The position numbers were made by a program, and so were the translations under genes. Of a stretch of DNA of 61,014 bases, positions 50,489 to 59,037 are shown one piece after another. Below the pieces are notes generated by a model. The model was given only the letters and a program-made list of their open reading frames with translations, had not been told where the DNA came from and did not search any database. Location of the stretch: contig JALWUI010000112.1 of NCBI GenBank assembly GCA_027082775.1, positions 1-61,014 of the forward strand. Direction: 5' to 3'. This DNA comes from Candidatus Kapaibacterium sp. (GTDB taxonomy: Bacteria; Bacteroidota; Ignavibacteria; Kapaibacteriales; WFXC01). How positions within the stretch are numbered: position 1 is the first letter of the stretch; each line of letters opens with the position of its first letter.

Positions 50489-52137
50489 TTCCAGTTCAGG
50501 AAGAACAGAAGGATGAAAACAGCTAAAAAGACCAATGTTAACGTAAAGGTTCCGGGCGCCAGGAACTTCTTGCCGGATTCTGCGGGCAATGCCACTGGCG
50601 ATGCGATTGGCAGTTGCATATCTTCTGGTCCGTTAACCTTCGGTCCAAAGAACACGGAGATGACCACAATCAGGACCCAGATGAGCGCACCAATAAATGC
50701 CAAAGTTCCCCCAATGGCAAAAGTCACCCAGAAGAAATCTGCAACGGGATTAAAGGCATGGGTAAAGGGACCACCAGAAAAGGTAATATCCCAATGTCGG
50801 CGGGGAACGCCAAAGACGCCCAGCACAATCATCGAAATCGCCAGGATGCCAATGCCAATAGCAAAGAGCCAGGGTTGAATCTTTGCCCATTTGAATCCCA
50901 CGATCTTCCGTCGAAAGATCAGCGGAATCAGGTAATAGGTCACGCCCATAAAAGTCAGCGTTGTCCCAAAGACCACCGTTCCCTTAAAGTGCCCCGGAAT
51001 TGCCAGCGTATTGTGCACAATGATGTTTGTCTGTTCCATTCCGTAGATCACACCGGTAATACCACCAATAAACCCAAACCCTATGATTGCCAGCACAATC
51101 GCTGAAAACGCTGGATTGCCCCAGGGTGCTTTAGCTAACCATTCAAACAACCCCCGAATGTATCCTCGCTGCCGCTGGGCAACTTCAATCGTTGCAGGGA
51201 CAGCAAATGCGTGGATCATCGATGCCAGCACTGCCAGGTACATCGCGTAACTGGTATTCCACACTTTCCACGAAGAGCTGACCGCAGGATCCACCAGAAT
51301 ATGGTGCGCCGATGCCAGACAAATGAACAGGATATAAAACAAAAATGCTACACGGGATACTTTTTCGTTGATCGAAAATCCACCAACCGTCAGAAATGCG
51401 ACTAAGTACCAGATGGACACCATTGCCGTCACATTGATCTGCTGCGAGCCGTGTCCCAATCCCCACCAGATAAGTTTGTACGTCGCGGGGTCCAGATTTT
51501 TAAACACGCCGATATCTAAGGACCAGAAAAAGGTGGGGATGTAAATCATCGCGCCACTGGCAATGCTAATCACCGCAATGATAGCCGCTGCAACTAATCC
51601 AAATGTAAAGAGCGGCAAAGACCGCAAATTCTGTTCCCGCCGCGCGACAATGATGTTGAGGAAAAACACAATCACACCGATCAATGCCCCAACAGCGAAC
51701 AAAATAATTCCCAGGTAAAAAAGCGGATGTGCTTTCAACGGCACATATGAAGTCATCAGCACATCAGCTTCGCCGGCAAAAATCATAATGTCAGTCAACA
51801 GGAAGCCGGCAAACATCAGCCAGAATCCAAGCTTCGCCATCCGCGGCGTCACCACTCTGGCGTTGAGCACAACCGTGGAGCCGAAATACAATCCGGCAAT
51901 TTCAAAAAAGATGATCCAGAAAATCAACGCATTGATGCCGTGAAGGGTAAGAATTCGGTAATACCAATCGGCACTGAGCAAGTGCACCGACTGCCACCGG
52001 GTAAAGACCAGCAGCAAAGCAGCGGTAATTCCAATCAACAATGACACCACCGCCCACACAGCGTGAGAACGGATCAACTTTTCTGCCAATCGATCGACTT
52101 TGAAACCCGTAATGTCGCACGTACGAAATTCTGCCAT
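50458..52137 (-). CDS. heme-copper oxidase superfamily subunit I, B-family-like but with non-canonical active-site and haem-ligand residues
   Basis: 559 aa, aligns by eye along its length with Thermus ba3 CbaA (YYRILTLHG.NA, EADVLMTSYVPLKAHPLFYLG, SAHHILVDP, IVHNTLAIPGHF). WWGLGHGSQQI replaces WWTGHPIVY (no cross-link Tyr). GHFKG replaces GHFHL. Confidence 0.85.
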   Translation of the reverse strand: MAEFRTCDITGFKVDRLAEKLIRSHAVWAVVSLLIGITAALLLVFTRWQSVHLLSADWYYRILTLHGINALIFWIIFFEIAGLYFGSTVVLNARVVTPRMAKLGFWLMFAGFLLTDIMIFAGEADVLMTSYVPLKAHPLFYLGIILFAVGALIGVIVFFLNIIVARREQNLRSLPLFTFGLVAAAIIAVISIASGAMIYIPTFFWSLDIGVFKNLDPATYKLIWWGLGHGSQQINVTAMVSIWYLVAFLTVGGFSINEKVSRVAFLFYILFICLASAHHILVDPAVSSSWKVWNTSYAMYLAVLASMIHAFAVPATIEVAQRQRGYIRGLFEWLAKAPWGNPAFSAIVLAIIGFGFIGGITGVIYGMEQTNIIVHNTLAIPGHFKGTVVFGTTLTFMGVTYYLIPLIFRRKIVGFKWAKIQPWLFAIGIGILAISMIVLGVFGVPRRHWDITFSGGPFTHAFNPVADFFWVTFAIGGTLAFIGALIWVLIVVISVFFGPKVNGPEDMQLPIASPVALPAESGKKFLAPGTFTLTLVFLAVFILLFFLNWKWLAATWYVG

Positions 52138-52761
52138 TTATTCTTCTCCTTCTTGTTCAACAACTTCCCCACCTTCATCTTCAAAATACTCGCTTTCATA
52201 CGCTTGCAGGATTTTCTGATACTCCTGATCATTGGCTGCTACGATGATCTTACCGATCATCATATGGTGACCAATACCGCAGAATTCGTTGCAAAAAATC
52301 TTATACTCCCCTGCTTCCGTCGGCGTAAACCGCAGAACGTAATCATAACCGGGATACACCATAAAGTTCATATTCACCGGCTGGAGGGAAAAACCGTGCA
52401 GCAAATCCAAGGAATACAGATGAAACGTGTATGTCTCACCCTTTTTCAGTAGCACCACCGGTGCCCATTGCCACATACGCGCGGTAAAGAACACGTGTGA
52501 ACCGGGCTCCGGCGCAACGACTGGTAATCCATTGTCTTCGCCAACCTGATTGTTCTCCAGATATGCATTGTACAACTCCAGATACTCTGGCACGGATGCC
52601 CGATACGTAATGTTCGACGGATTCTGCCGCCCAAAAGAATGCCATCCAATCATCCAGAAAAAGAGGAAGAAGCACACAAAGGTTGCTACCGCAACCCATC
52701 CCTTCTCATCGGTTGCTACCTTCTGCCACACCCATCCTTCTTTCGGCGGAATCAGTGTCAT
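52138..52761 (-). CDS. heme-copper oxidase subunit II with complete CuA site
   Basis: The ORF track starts at 52839, overlapping the upstream gene. ATG 52759-52761 (MTLIPPKEGW) lies 2 nt after the upstream TAG. One TM plus a cupredoxin domain. CuA ligands are LDLLHGF and CNEFCGIGHHMM. Acidic tail EDEGGEVVEQEGEE. Confidence 0.85.
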   Translation of the reverse strand: MTLIPPKEGWVWQKVATDEKGWVAVATFVCFFLFFWMIGWHSFGRQNPSNITYRASVPEYLELYNAYLENNQVGEDNGLPVVAPEPGSHVFFTARMWQWAPVVLLKKGETYTFHLYSLDLLHGFSLQPVNMNFMVYPGYDYVLRFTPTEAGEYKIFCNEFCGIGHHMMIGKIIVAANDQEYQKILQAYESEYFEDEGGEVVEQEGEE

Positions 52762-52763
52762 AG

Positions 52764-52952
52764 CTACTGCCCTCCCATTATCACCGACTTCAACTCTTCC
52801 GGAAACTGCGGAACGTTCGAAACCTCGATCAAGCCCCACGTTAGATAAAAGATGACAAAGATCGCAACGCCCAAGAACAACAACACAATCGGCTCATCCA
52901 GAATGGTTTGCAACATCGAAAAGCGCTCAGATTGCTGCCGCTCTTCTGCCAT
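52764..52952 (-). CDS. 62-aa single-TM protein, first gene of the oxidase operon (possible subunit IIa-like)
   Basis: One hydrophobic helix (IVLLFLGVAIFVIFYLTWGLI) and tight coupling to subunit II. The function is inferred from position only. Confidence 0.5.
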   Translation of the reverse strand: MAEERQQSERFSMLQTILDEPIVLLFLGVAIFVIFYLTWGLIEVSNVPQFPEELKSVIMGGQ

Positions 52953-53011
52953 TCCTCACCCCACTGCTTGTTCAACAAAATACGATCAGAATATCTGAAA
53001 ATCCCGGAGTG

Positions 53012-53019
53012 CAAAAATA
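53012..53019 (-). promoter_or_regulatory. candidate -7 box TATTTTTG (with TTG 20 nt upstream) for the oxidase operon
   Basis: The minus strand reads ..TTG-N20-TATTTTTG.., about 60 nt upstream of ATG 52952. Confidence 0.35.
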
Positions 53020-53087
53020 ATGAAAAATTGGGAAATATTCAACAACTGTGTCCGGTTTTTTCAACGGTGAATCTATGTTTATGCACT

Positions 53088-53177
53088 TCGGTATTGGGTG
53101 TCGTAATGCGAGGAAAAAACGATGCCTCCTTGACGGCGTAAGAATAAAACCCCTCATCGGTACTGGGTGCCGTAATG
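53088..53177. promoter_or_regulatory. pair of 21-nt direct repeats upstream of the oxidase promoter
   Basis: TCGGTATTGGGTGTCGTAATG (53088-53108) and TCGGTACTGGGTGCCGTAATG (53157-53177): 19/21 identical, 69 nt centre to centre. Confidence 0.5.
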
Positions 53178-53257
53178 GAAGTCCGCTACATCAACGAGGG
53201 TTTAGCCTGCTTTCTGCCAGATCCTGAAGTTATGGACTGCCTTTCTTGATAGCAATG

Positions 53258-53299
53258 CCGGGACAGAGCATACTCTATCCGGGACAGAGAATACTCCAT
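53258..53299. repeat. 21-nt tandem direct repeat (2 copies)
   Basis: CCGGGACAGAGCATACTCTAT (53258-53278) is immediately followed by CCGGGACAGAGAATACTCCAT (53279-53299). Confidence 0.6.
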
Positions 53300-53407
53300 C
53301 GACGTTGCATCAGTAAAAAACTCGCCTGAAAGCTCTTACCATAAGTGCTCTGATTGAAGGACGTCCTTCCAATCGAGAAATTCGGAAAGACAAAGAATTC
53401 AAGAACC

Positions 53408-54634
53408 TTACTGATCTTCCGCAACGCTTAAGCTGACGCGTGGAAATAAAGCTGTCGATGCTCCTTCCCACGGACCTCGCAGGTAACCGGTACCCAACAT
53501 CGGCGCTCGCCCCGTTCGGACCAATGGAATCAATGGTTTCGGGGTTTTCCAGTGTTCCTCCCAGAGCAGCAGCACCCGGATCTCTGTTTTGTTGTGTCCA
53601 TACGGTGTCGGCACCCACGGTAGGTACGCAATTTTTTCCTGCAGCACGTAGTGGGATCGCTGCTGCTGCGGAATTGCCCGGATGTCTTCAGGGGTAACAT
53701 TGACCTTGACCCCTTTGCCGGCAAAAGCATAGAGGGGTTTGAGCACGTAGCGTGAAAGATCTTCCGGAATCTCCTCCAGGTCGCTCAGAAATACCGTCTT
53801 TGGAACTGCTGGATGGCGTAAGAAAGGGAGCAAGGATTTGCTCATCCAGAAATACCAATTCGGATGTCCAGCCCATTCCACATCCACTTCCTTCGTCCAC
53901 CACGAAGGCACGCCTACACCAGCAGACTCCATCTCATCAACAATAGCACGATTCATTATGCGACGAATCCGGACCAGCTTCCCCTCTGAATCCCGATAAT
54001 ACAACTTTCCTGATCGCTCGATCACATCGACAATGTCAACAATTGCTATACCCAGATGCTTTCGCAATGCTGTAAAATCCGGAAGCGTCTTTTGCTCCCA
54101 CGGATGAAGTTCTACCAACGCCACCTCTTTCGGATCGTGATCTCGAACAATGGCTTGGCGAAGCATATCCCAGTACATCTCGTCGGTAATGTCGATGTAA
54201 AACACATCCAGACTGTCGGGCGACATCCCATATCCTTCCATATAGGCATACGCCACCTCATACTGGTAACCGTACAGGGAAGGGAATCCCTGCAATTCTA
54301 CCAGCTTCAATGCAGGTGTGCCATTATCCTGAGCAATGGCAAAGTCAATGACTAAAAACAGAGGATAGCGGGTTGCACCGGGCACCCGGTAAACAGATGG
54401 CAATCCTTGATCAGCTCGTTCCCGGTTCGCAGGCTGCACCGCTTCCTGCGCAATTTCAACGGCAAATTGTGCCAGTTGCTGTCGCATCGTTTGCGACAGA
54501 AAAACAGGACTTTCAAAAACGGGAAACTCCACGCGACTCCCCACCCGTGCTTCCAGAAGCTGCAACATTCGACGGCGACGATCAGCCGAAAACCACTGCC
54601 CAATGAACTGCTGATGCCACGCAATCTCCATCAT
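53408..54634 (-). CDS. hypothetical protein, ATP-grasp-like (circularly permuted ATP-grasp / glutathionylspermidine-synthase-like pattern)
   Basis: Start taken at MMEIAWHQQF (ATG 54632-54634), which forms an ATGA overlap with the upstream TGA. LVIDFAIAQDNGTPALKLVELQGFPS and YVLKPLYAFAGKGV resemble pre-ATP-grasp and ATP-grasp motifs. The assignment is weak. Confidence 0.45.
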   Translation of the reverse strand: MMEIAWHQQFIGQWFSADRRRRMLQLLEARVGSRVEFPVFESPVFLSQTMRQQLAQFAVEIAQEAVQPANRERADQGLPSVYRVPGATRYPLFLVIDFAIAQDNGTPALKLVELQGFPSLYGYQYEVAYAYMEGYGMSPDSLDVFYIDITDEMYWDMLRQAIVRDHDPKEVALVELHPWEQKTLPDFTALRKHLGIAIVDIVDVIERSGKLYYRDSEGKLVRIRRIMNRAIVDEMESAGVGVPSWWTKEVDVEWAGHPNWYFWMSKSLLPFLRHPAVPKTVFLSDLEEIPEDLSRYVLKPLYAFAGKGVKVNVTPEDIRAIPQQQRSHYVLQEKIAYLPWVPTPYGHNKTEIRVLLLWEEHWKTPKPLIPLVRTGRAPMLGTGYLRGPWEGASTALFPRVSLSVAEDQ

Positions 54635-55125
54635 TCCTCCGGTCTGTACTCCACAATTGCAGGATAAAACCGTCGCACAGCAACCCAATGATGAAAGTAA
54701 TAGGAATTGCGCAAAGAGGATATAATCACTCCAGCGGAGCTGGAAGCGTGGACAAAAAACCCATTGTCCAGATACACTCCAACGTGGCTGGGTTTACGGC
54801 GGAAAGCGAAGAAGAGCAAATCTCCCGGTTGAACTGCATCCTTTGGAATTGGCTTTCCCGCAGCAAACTGCTGTGCGACGGTTCGCGGCACCCGAATGCC
54901 AAACGCCTGCAGAATTCGTTGCGCCAAAGCAGAACAATCAATGCCTGCTTCACTTTCTCCCCCATACCGATACGGTACACCTACCCACTGCTGCGCAACT
55001 TCCCACAGCCGTTCTGGTTCAATGTTTGAAGAGGAACGGGAAACCGACGCTGCCGACTGACACCCCACCAGCAGCATCCCTCCCAGCACTCCCCCTATGA
55101 CCCACTGCCCAATGCGCTGCCTCAT
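54631..55125 (-). CDS. NlpC/P60 (C40) peptidoglycan endopeptidase lipoprotein
   Basis: 164 aa. Lipobox LLVGC. GVPYRYGGESEAGIDCSALAQ (catalytic Cys), PGDLLFF......SHVGVYLDNG.FVHAS (His). Confidence 0.9.
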   Translation of the reverse strand: MRQRIGQWVIGGVLGGMLLVGCQSAASVSRSSSNIEPERLWEVAQQWVGVPYRYGGESEAGIDCSALAQRILQAFGIRVPRTVAQQFAAGKPIPKDAVQPGDLLFFAFRRKPSHVGVYLDNGFFVHASSSAGVIISSLRNSYYFHHWVAVRRFYPAIVEYRPEE

Positions 55126-55131
55126 TTTGTA

Positions 55132-55476
55132 CTATTCCTCTGGTCGGATATGTACCGCCAGCCAGATCGCAGGAGGCTCAGCACTGACATCGATCACCCG
55201 GTGCCGACATCCTGCGGGAATCCATACCATTTCCCCGGACCGCAACGCAATCTTTTTGCCCGACTCCTGCTCCAGAACTGCTTCTCCCTGGAGCAAAACC
55301 ACCCACTCATCCCACGATTGTTCATCCCACTGGAATGACAAAGTCTCCGGACCCATTGACACGATGCGCTCGATCCGCACTGCCTGCCGGTGCAGCAACG
55401 GCTCAAAGAGTTCCTGGTCAAGCGGCTGTGCTGGGACTTCCCAGCAATTGCTCCGATACTTATGAACGCACCCCAT
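55132..55476 (-). CDS. small cupin-domain protein
   Basis: 114 aa. ..ERIVS.G......WDEQ..DEWVVLLQGEAVLE.....K.ALRSGEMVWIPAGCRHRV......PAIWLAVH is a typical single-domain cupin pattern. Confidence 0.75.
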   Translation of the reverse strand: MGCVHKYRSNCWEVPAQPLDQELFEPLLHRQAVRIERIVSMGPETLSFQWDEQSWDEWVVLLQGEAVLEQESGKKIALRSGEMVWIPAGCRHRVIDVSAEPPAIWLAVHIRPEE

Positions 55477-56269
55477 ATTTCTCCCATACTTCTGGCAATG
55501 CCGCTATCGAATCCAGAATCATATCCGGCAACACAGCGCTCTGGTACGCTATTTCTTCCCGATATTTACCAGTGCGAACCAAAATACCGTACATTCCCAA
55601 CTGCTTTGCACCACCCACGTCGCTCTCAATATCATCCCCCACCATTGCGACTTCGTTCGCTTCCAGGTTCAGGCTTCGCAGCGCCATCTTGAAAAATTCC
55701 GGTGATGGTTTGCCAATGACAACAGCTTCTTCACCGGTCACATACTCTAAGCCAGCCACGAAAGCCCCGATGTCAATCTTTAATCCCTCCTCTGTCTGCC
55801 AGTATTTCCCTTTATGCAACGCAACAATTCGTGCACCCTGGATCACATAATGGAACAATTGATTCATCAGTTGATAGTCCCACGCTTCCCCAATATCGCC
55901 AATCACCACTGCTTGCGGTTTGTCCGCATCAAATTCAAACTCAGCCGCAAACTCTGCCTGCACTTCTCGTCGCAACACCGGGTAGATCCGCTGAATTCCC
56001 TGCATCTTCAAATATCCCTTCGTCGCCGTAATAGTGCTAAAAATCACCGACTCCGGTATTGCCAGTCCAAGGGATTGCAACTTTTGCGCCAATTGCCATA
56101 CCGGTGTTGTAGTGTTATTCGTGACAAACCGATGGGGAATTTTCTGCACCTGCAAATATTCCACAACCTGGGCAGCTCCCGGAATCACCTGTGATCCCAC
56201 ATACAACACGCCATTGATGTCGATCAAAAACCCCCGGATCCGCATCATTATTACCTCATTGTTCACCAC
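55460..56269 (-). CDS. HAD-superfamily subfamily IIA hydrolase (NagD-like)
   Basis: IRGFLIDINGVLY (DxNG variant of the motif I context), FVTNNTT, MVGDDIESDVGGAKQLGMYGILVRTGKY. The likely start is Met8 (ATG 56248). Confidence 0.8.
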   Translation of the reverse strand: MVNNEVIMMRIRGFLIDINGVLYVGSQVIPGAAQVVEYLQVQKIPHRFVTNNTTTPVWQLAQKLQSLGLAIPESVIFSTITATKGYLKMQGIQRIYPVLRREVQAEFAAEFEFDADKPQAVVIGDIGEAWDYQLMNQLFHYVIQGARIVALHKGKYWQTEEGLKIDIGAFVAGLEYVTGEEAVVIGKPSPEFFKMALRSLNLEANEVAMVGDDIESDVGGAKQLGMYGILVRTGKYREEIAYQSAVLPDMILDSIAALPEVWEKYGVRS

Positions 56270-56290
56270 TTTGCCACAGCAGGCAGCAAA

Positions 56291-56310
56291 AATACGTAAA
56301 ATTACGTATT
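56291..56310. promoter_or_regulatory. perfect 20-nt palindrome AATACGTAA-AA-TTACGTATT (candidate operator)
   Basis: 9-bp arms, perfectly complementary, 22-60 nt upstream of the HAD-gene start codons. Confidence 0.4.
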
Positions 56311-56383
56311 GTGTCGTGTCATCTCAAAGCCGATATTTGCAAAATGAATACGCTCCCTCCCTACTATCACGGTGCGCCCTCGA

Positions 56384-56412
56384 GCGGTGCAGCACTGCTG
56401 CACCGCTTTTTT
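56384..56412 (+). terminator. strong orphan Rho-independent terminator on the + strand
   Basis: 10-bp perfect stem GCGGTGCAGC (56384-56393) / GCTGCACCGC (56397-56406), loop ACT, then TTTTTT (56407-56412). No annotated + strand gene upstream. Confidence 0.65.
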
Positions 56413-56625
56413 ACTGCGGAAGGAAATTCCTCCTGTGCCTGCCTTTCCCTTATGTCATTGGCACAAAGCCCCCTTTATCTCCGCTTGCCGTCCCGCCTGT
56501 TGGAATGACTTCCGAGCTTGCACCTTCGGATTATCCCTCAGGTTCAGAAAGCCGCGGCAACTGGGACAGACGCTGGCTACACTACTGTGCCTTCGGGTGT
56601 CACTCAGACCCCAAAAAGCCAGGAT

Positions 56626-56976
56626 TTATTTTGCCACTGGCGTTCGAAGGGAATGGAGGAACGCTTTGATGGAATAATCACCGGAGGAGGAAGGCGGTTC
56701 GTTTGCGAATGTTTCCTGATCGACCGGGAGGCGCTGGAGAACGGTGAATTGATGATCGGTGACGCCGACGACGAAAATCGTTGTGTCTATTTGCAAGACC
56801 ATAATCTCTCGGCGCTGTCCCAGCGGCACTCGCTGAAGCACCCGTATCCGAAAGCGTCCTCGGGGCGTTTGCAACGCCCGTGCGCTCCACCGCTTGACCA
56901 CGAGCCACACGATCAGGAGTGCCCCAATGGCTCCAATCAAAATTGCCACACTCTGAATCAGCGAGGTCTCCATCAA
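56626..56976 (-). CDS. fliO: flagellar biosynthesis protein FliO
   Basis: 116 aa. N-terminal TM helix, then ..RIRVLQRVPLGQRREIMVLQIDTTIFVVGVTDHQFTVLQRL.., the usual FliO core. Position directly after fliN. Confidence 0.75.
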   Translation of the reverse strand: MMETSLIQSVAILIGAIGALLIVWLVVKRWSARALQTPRGRFRIRVLQRVPLGQRREIMVLQIDTTIFVVGVTDHQFTVLQRLPVDQETFANEPPSSSGDYSIKAFLHSLRTPVAK

Positions 56977-56979
56977 TCC

Positions 56980-57396
56980 TTAGCGCAAGGCTTTGACTCG
57001 TTCAGCCGCATCGACCAGTGAGGTAATCCGTATGCCGAAGTGCTTATCGATAACCACAATTTCCCCCTCAGCAACTTTTTTCCCATTGACCAGCAGATCG
57101 ACCGGCTCACTTGCCAATTTCTCGAACTCGACCACTGATCCTCGAGTAAGCTGCAAAATGTCCCGAATGTACATTTTTGTCCGTCCCAGCTCAATGGAAA
57201 CGGGTAGCTGAATATCCAGCAGTAACTGCAATTTGGGACTGAGTTCAGCGGGTTCTGCTGGCTTTTCCGAAAATTCTTGAAATTCTGCTTTCTGTACCTC
57301 TGCTGGCTGTACTTCCTCTGCCTGCTGCTCTGCCATTTCGGCTAACTTTTCCGCCGCTCCGCTTTCAATTAGGGCATCAATTTCCTCTTGCGTCAT
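56980..57396 (-). CDS. fliN: flagellar motor switch protein FliN
   Basis: 138 aa. C-terminal SpoA domain LLLDIQLPVSIELGRTKMYIRDILQLTRGSVVEFEKLASEPVDLLVNGKKVAEGEIVVIDKHFGIRIT. Confidence 0.92.
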   Translation of the reverse strand: MTQEEIDALIESGAAEKLAEMAEQQAEEVQPAEVQKAEFQEFSEKPAEPAELSPKLQLLLDIQLPVSIELGRTKMYIRDILQLTRGSVVEFEKLASEPVDLLVNGKKVAEGEIVVIDKHFGIRITSLVDAAERVKALR

Positions 57397-57420
57397 GGCT
57401 TTACTCTCCGTTGTTCCACT

Positions 57421-58428
57421 TTATTCCTCCATTAAATCTTCACTTGTTAGCTCGCGTAAGATTCGGACTGCCCGCTTGCCATCGAGCACTCCTGGACGCA
57501 CTGCAAATTTCGGTCGCTCGCCCACAATAAGACGAAGTTCATCATCAATGCGGGTATCCAATTTGATCACATCCCCTTCTTTGAGCTCCAGCAGTTCTTT
57601 GACCGTAATATACGCATGTCCCAGCTCCGCCACGACCGGCAACTGGGTTTTCTCGATTCGGCGGCGAATCAATTCCCGATCTTCTTTCTGTTTCTCCGGA
57701 GACACCCGAATGCCAGCGGTTAAGTGGCGCCATCCGATTTGTGCCAGTACATTTTCCAGGGTGAAGGTCGGATAACATAAACTCATCGAGAAAGTATGGG
57801 TGCCTAAGGTAACGTCAAACACAACGACGATCACGATTTCTGACGAAGGAGCAATCTGGACAAAATCCGCTTCGCTCTCATACCGATCCAGCCGGAATTT
57901 CAGTGGATAGATCACCTGCCAGGTTTCCGACAGTTGACGCATAATGTGCTCCACCACATTACGCAAGATCGTCTGTTCAATAGCGCTCAAAACCCGTGGC
58001 GATCGCGTAATCTCAACTTCCCCACCCAGCAGCCGGGCGACAATGGCTAAAGCCAACTGGGGACTCAGTTCCAGAATTCCACTGCCCTCAGTCCCCACGA
58101 CATCAAAGACATACAAACAACTGGGGCTGGCAACGGACAGAATGTACTCGGAATAAAAAAGCTGATCGACGGAAATAACATTGATGGTTACCACCGTTTG
58201 CAATTGAGAAACCAGATAGTAGGACAGGGATTCGGAGAAATTCTCGTGTAGCGTCTGGATCGTTCGGAGCTGATTCTTGGATAAGCGATTCGGTCGCCGG
58301 AAATCATACAACTGCACTTCCTTATGCTTCTGCGTTCCCTGCTGGATCAGTTGATCAACCGGCACCTCCCCACTCTGAATGCTCGCCAGCAGTTGGTCGA
58401 TTTCCTGCTGTGACAGGACATCCTTCAT
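57421..58428 (-). CDS. fliM: flagellar motor switch protein FliM
   Basis: 335 aa. N-terminal LSQQEIDQLL (CheY-P binding motif), YDFRRPNRLSK, and a C-terminal SpoA-like domain. Confidence 0.92.
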   Translation of the reverse strand: MKDVLSQQEIDQLLASIQSGEVPVDQLIQQGTQKHKEVQLYDFRRPNRLSKNQLRTIQTLHENFSESLSYYLVSQLQTVVTINVISVDQLFYSEYILSVASPSCLYVFDVVGTEGSGILELSPQLALAIVARLLGGEVEITRSPRVLSAIEQTILRNVVEHIMRQLSETWQVIYPLKFRLDRYESEADFVQIAPSSEIVIVVVFDVTLGTHTFSMSLCYPTFTLENVLAQIGWRHLTAGIRVSPEKQKEDRELIRRRIEKTQLPVVAELGHAYITVKELLELKEGDVIKLDTRIDDELRLIVGERPKFAVRPGVLDGKRAVRILRELTSEDLMEE

Positions 58429-58434
58429 CGCTGT

Positions 58435-59028
58435 CTACTGCACAAGAAATTTTGTGAAACGGACTTTCCGAACCCGAATTTCCCCAAAGTATGGCTGAAT
58501 TCTCTTTTTGATTTCTTTCTTCAGCTTCTCTTTAAAATCCGGCTGGAGAAATTCCTCAATCCAGTGAGAGCTTACCACATCGATAATTTCATCCTTTACC
58601 GGAATCAAAATCTCCTCCAGATGCTTTTCATCGATTTCCTCCTCAGTATCTACCTCCAATGCAACCCGTAGCACCACGTAGCGTGGCTCGGGGGAACGAC
58701 TGCGAGCATTGACGATGATGTCTTCATCTCCCACAGGGATCAATTTCCCGACTTTAAACATTACCACATCTTCTTCATCTTCTTCTGGCTGCTCCTCTTC
58801 TACTACCCGAGTTCGTTTCTCCTTGCTCTTGCCCTCTTCCTCTGCATTCGTATGCTGCGGTGCGAGGAAGAATTTAAAAATCGCAAAGACAATGGCAGCT
58901 TGCACCACCAATACCCCCAGCACCAACCCAATAATAGCTGGCACTCCTAATTTCCCCTTTTCTTTCTTCGGTTTCTCTTCCGCTTGTTCCTTTTCTTCGT
59001 CAGCCATCGCTCTACTCGATTGATCCAC
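58435..59028 (-). CDS. fliL: flagellar basal-body-associated protein FliL
   Basis: 197 aa. Lys/Glu-rich N-terminus, single TM (IIGLVLGVLVVQAAIVFAIFKFF), and a C-terminal FliL-type domain (..RYVVLRVALEV......L....IPVKDEIIDV.S....EE). Met8 (ATG 59007) is an alternative start. Confidence 0.85.
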   Translation of the reverse strand: MDQSSRAMADEEKEQAEEKPKKEKGKLGVPAIIGLVLGVLVVQAAIVFAIFKFFLAPQHTNAEEEGKSKEKRTRVVEEEQPEEDEEDVVMFKVGKLIPVGDEDIIVNARSRSPEPRYVVLRVALEVDTEEEIDEKHLEEILIPVKDEIIDVVSSHWIEEFLQPDFKEKLKKEIKKRIQPYFGEIRVRKVRFTKFLVQ

Positions 59029-59037
59029 ACACCGTGA

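Noticed and set aside
56034-57021. + strand ORFs 56034-56669 (211 aa), 56311-56508, 56372-56677 and 56518-57021.
   Set aside because: They overlap the HAD and fliO genes in antisense, or read straight through the strong terminator hairpin at 56384-56412. No motifs are present and the composition is atypical.
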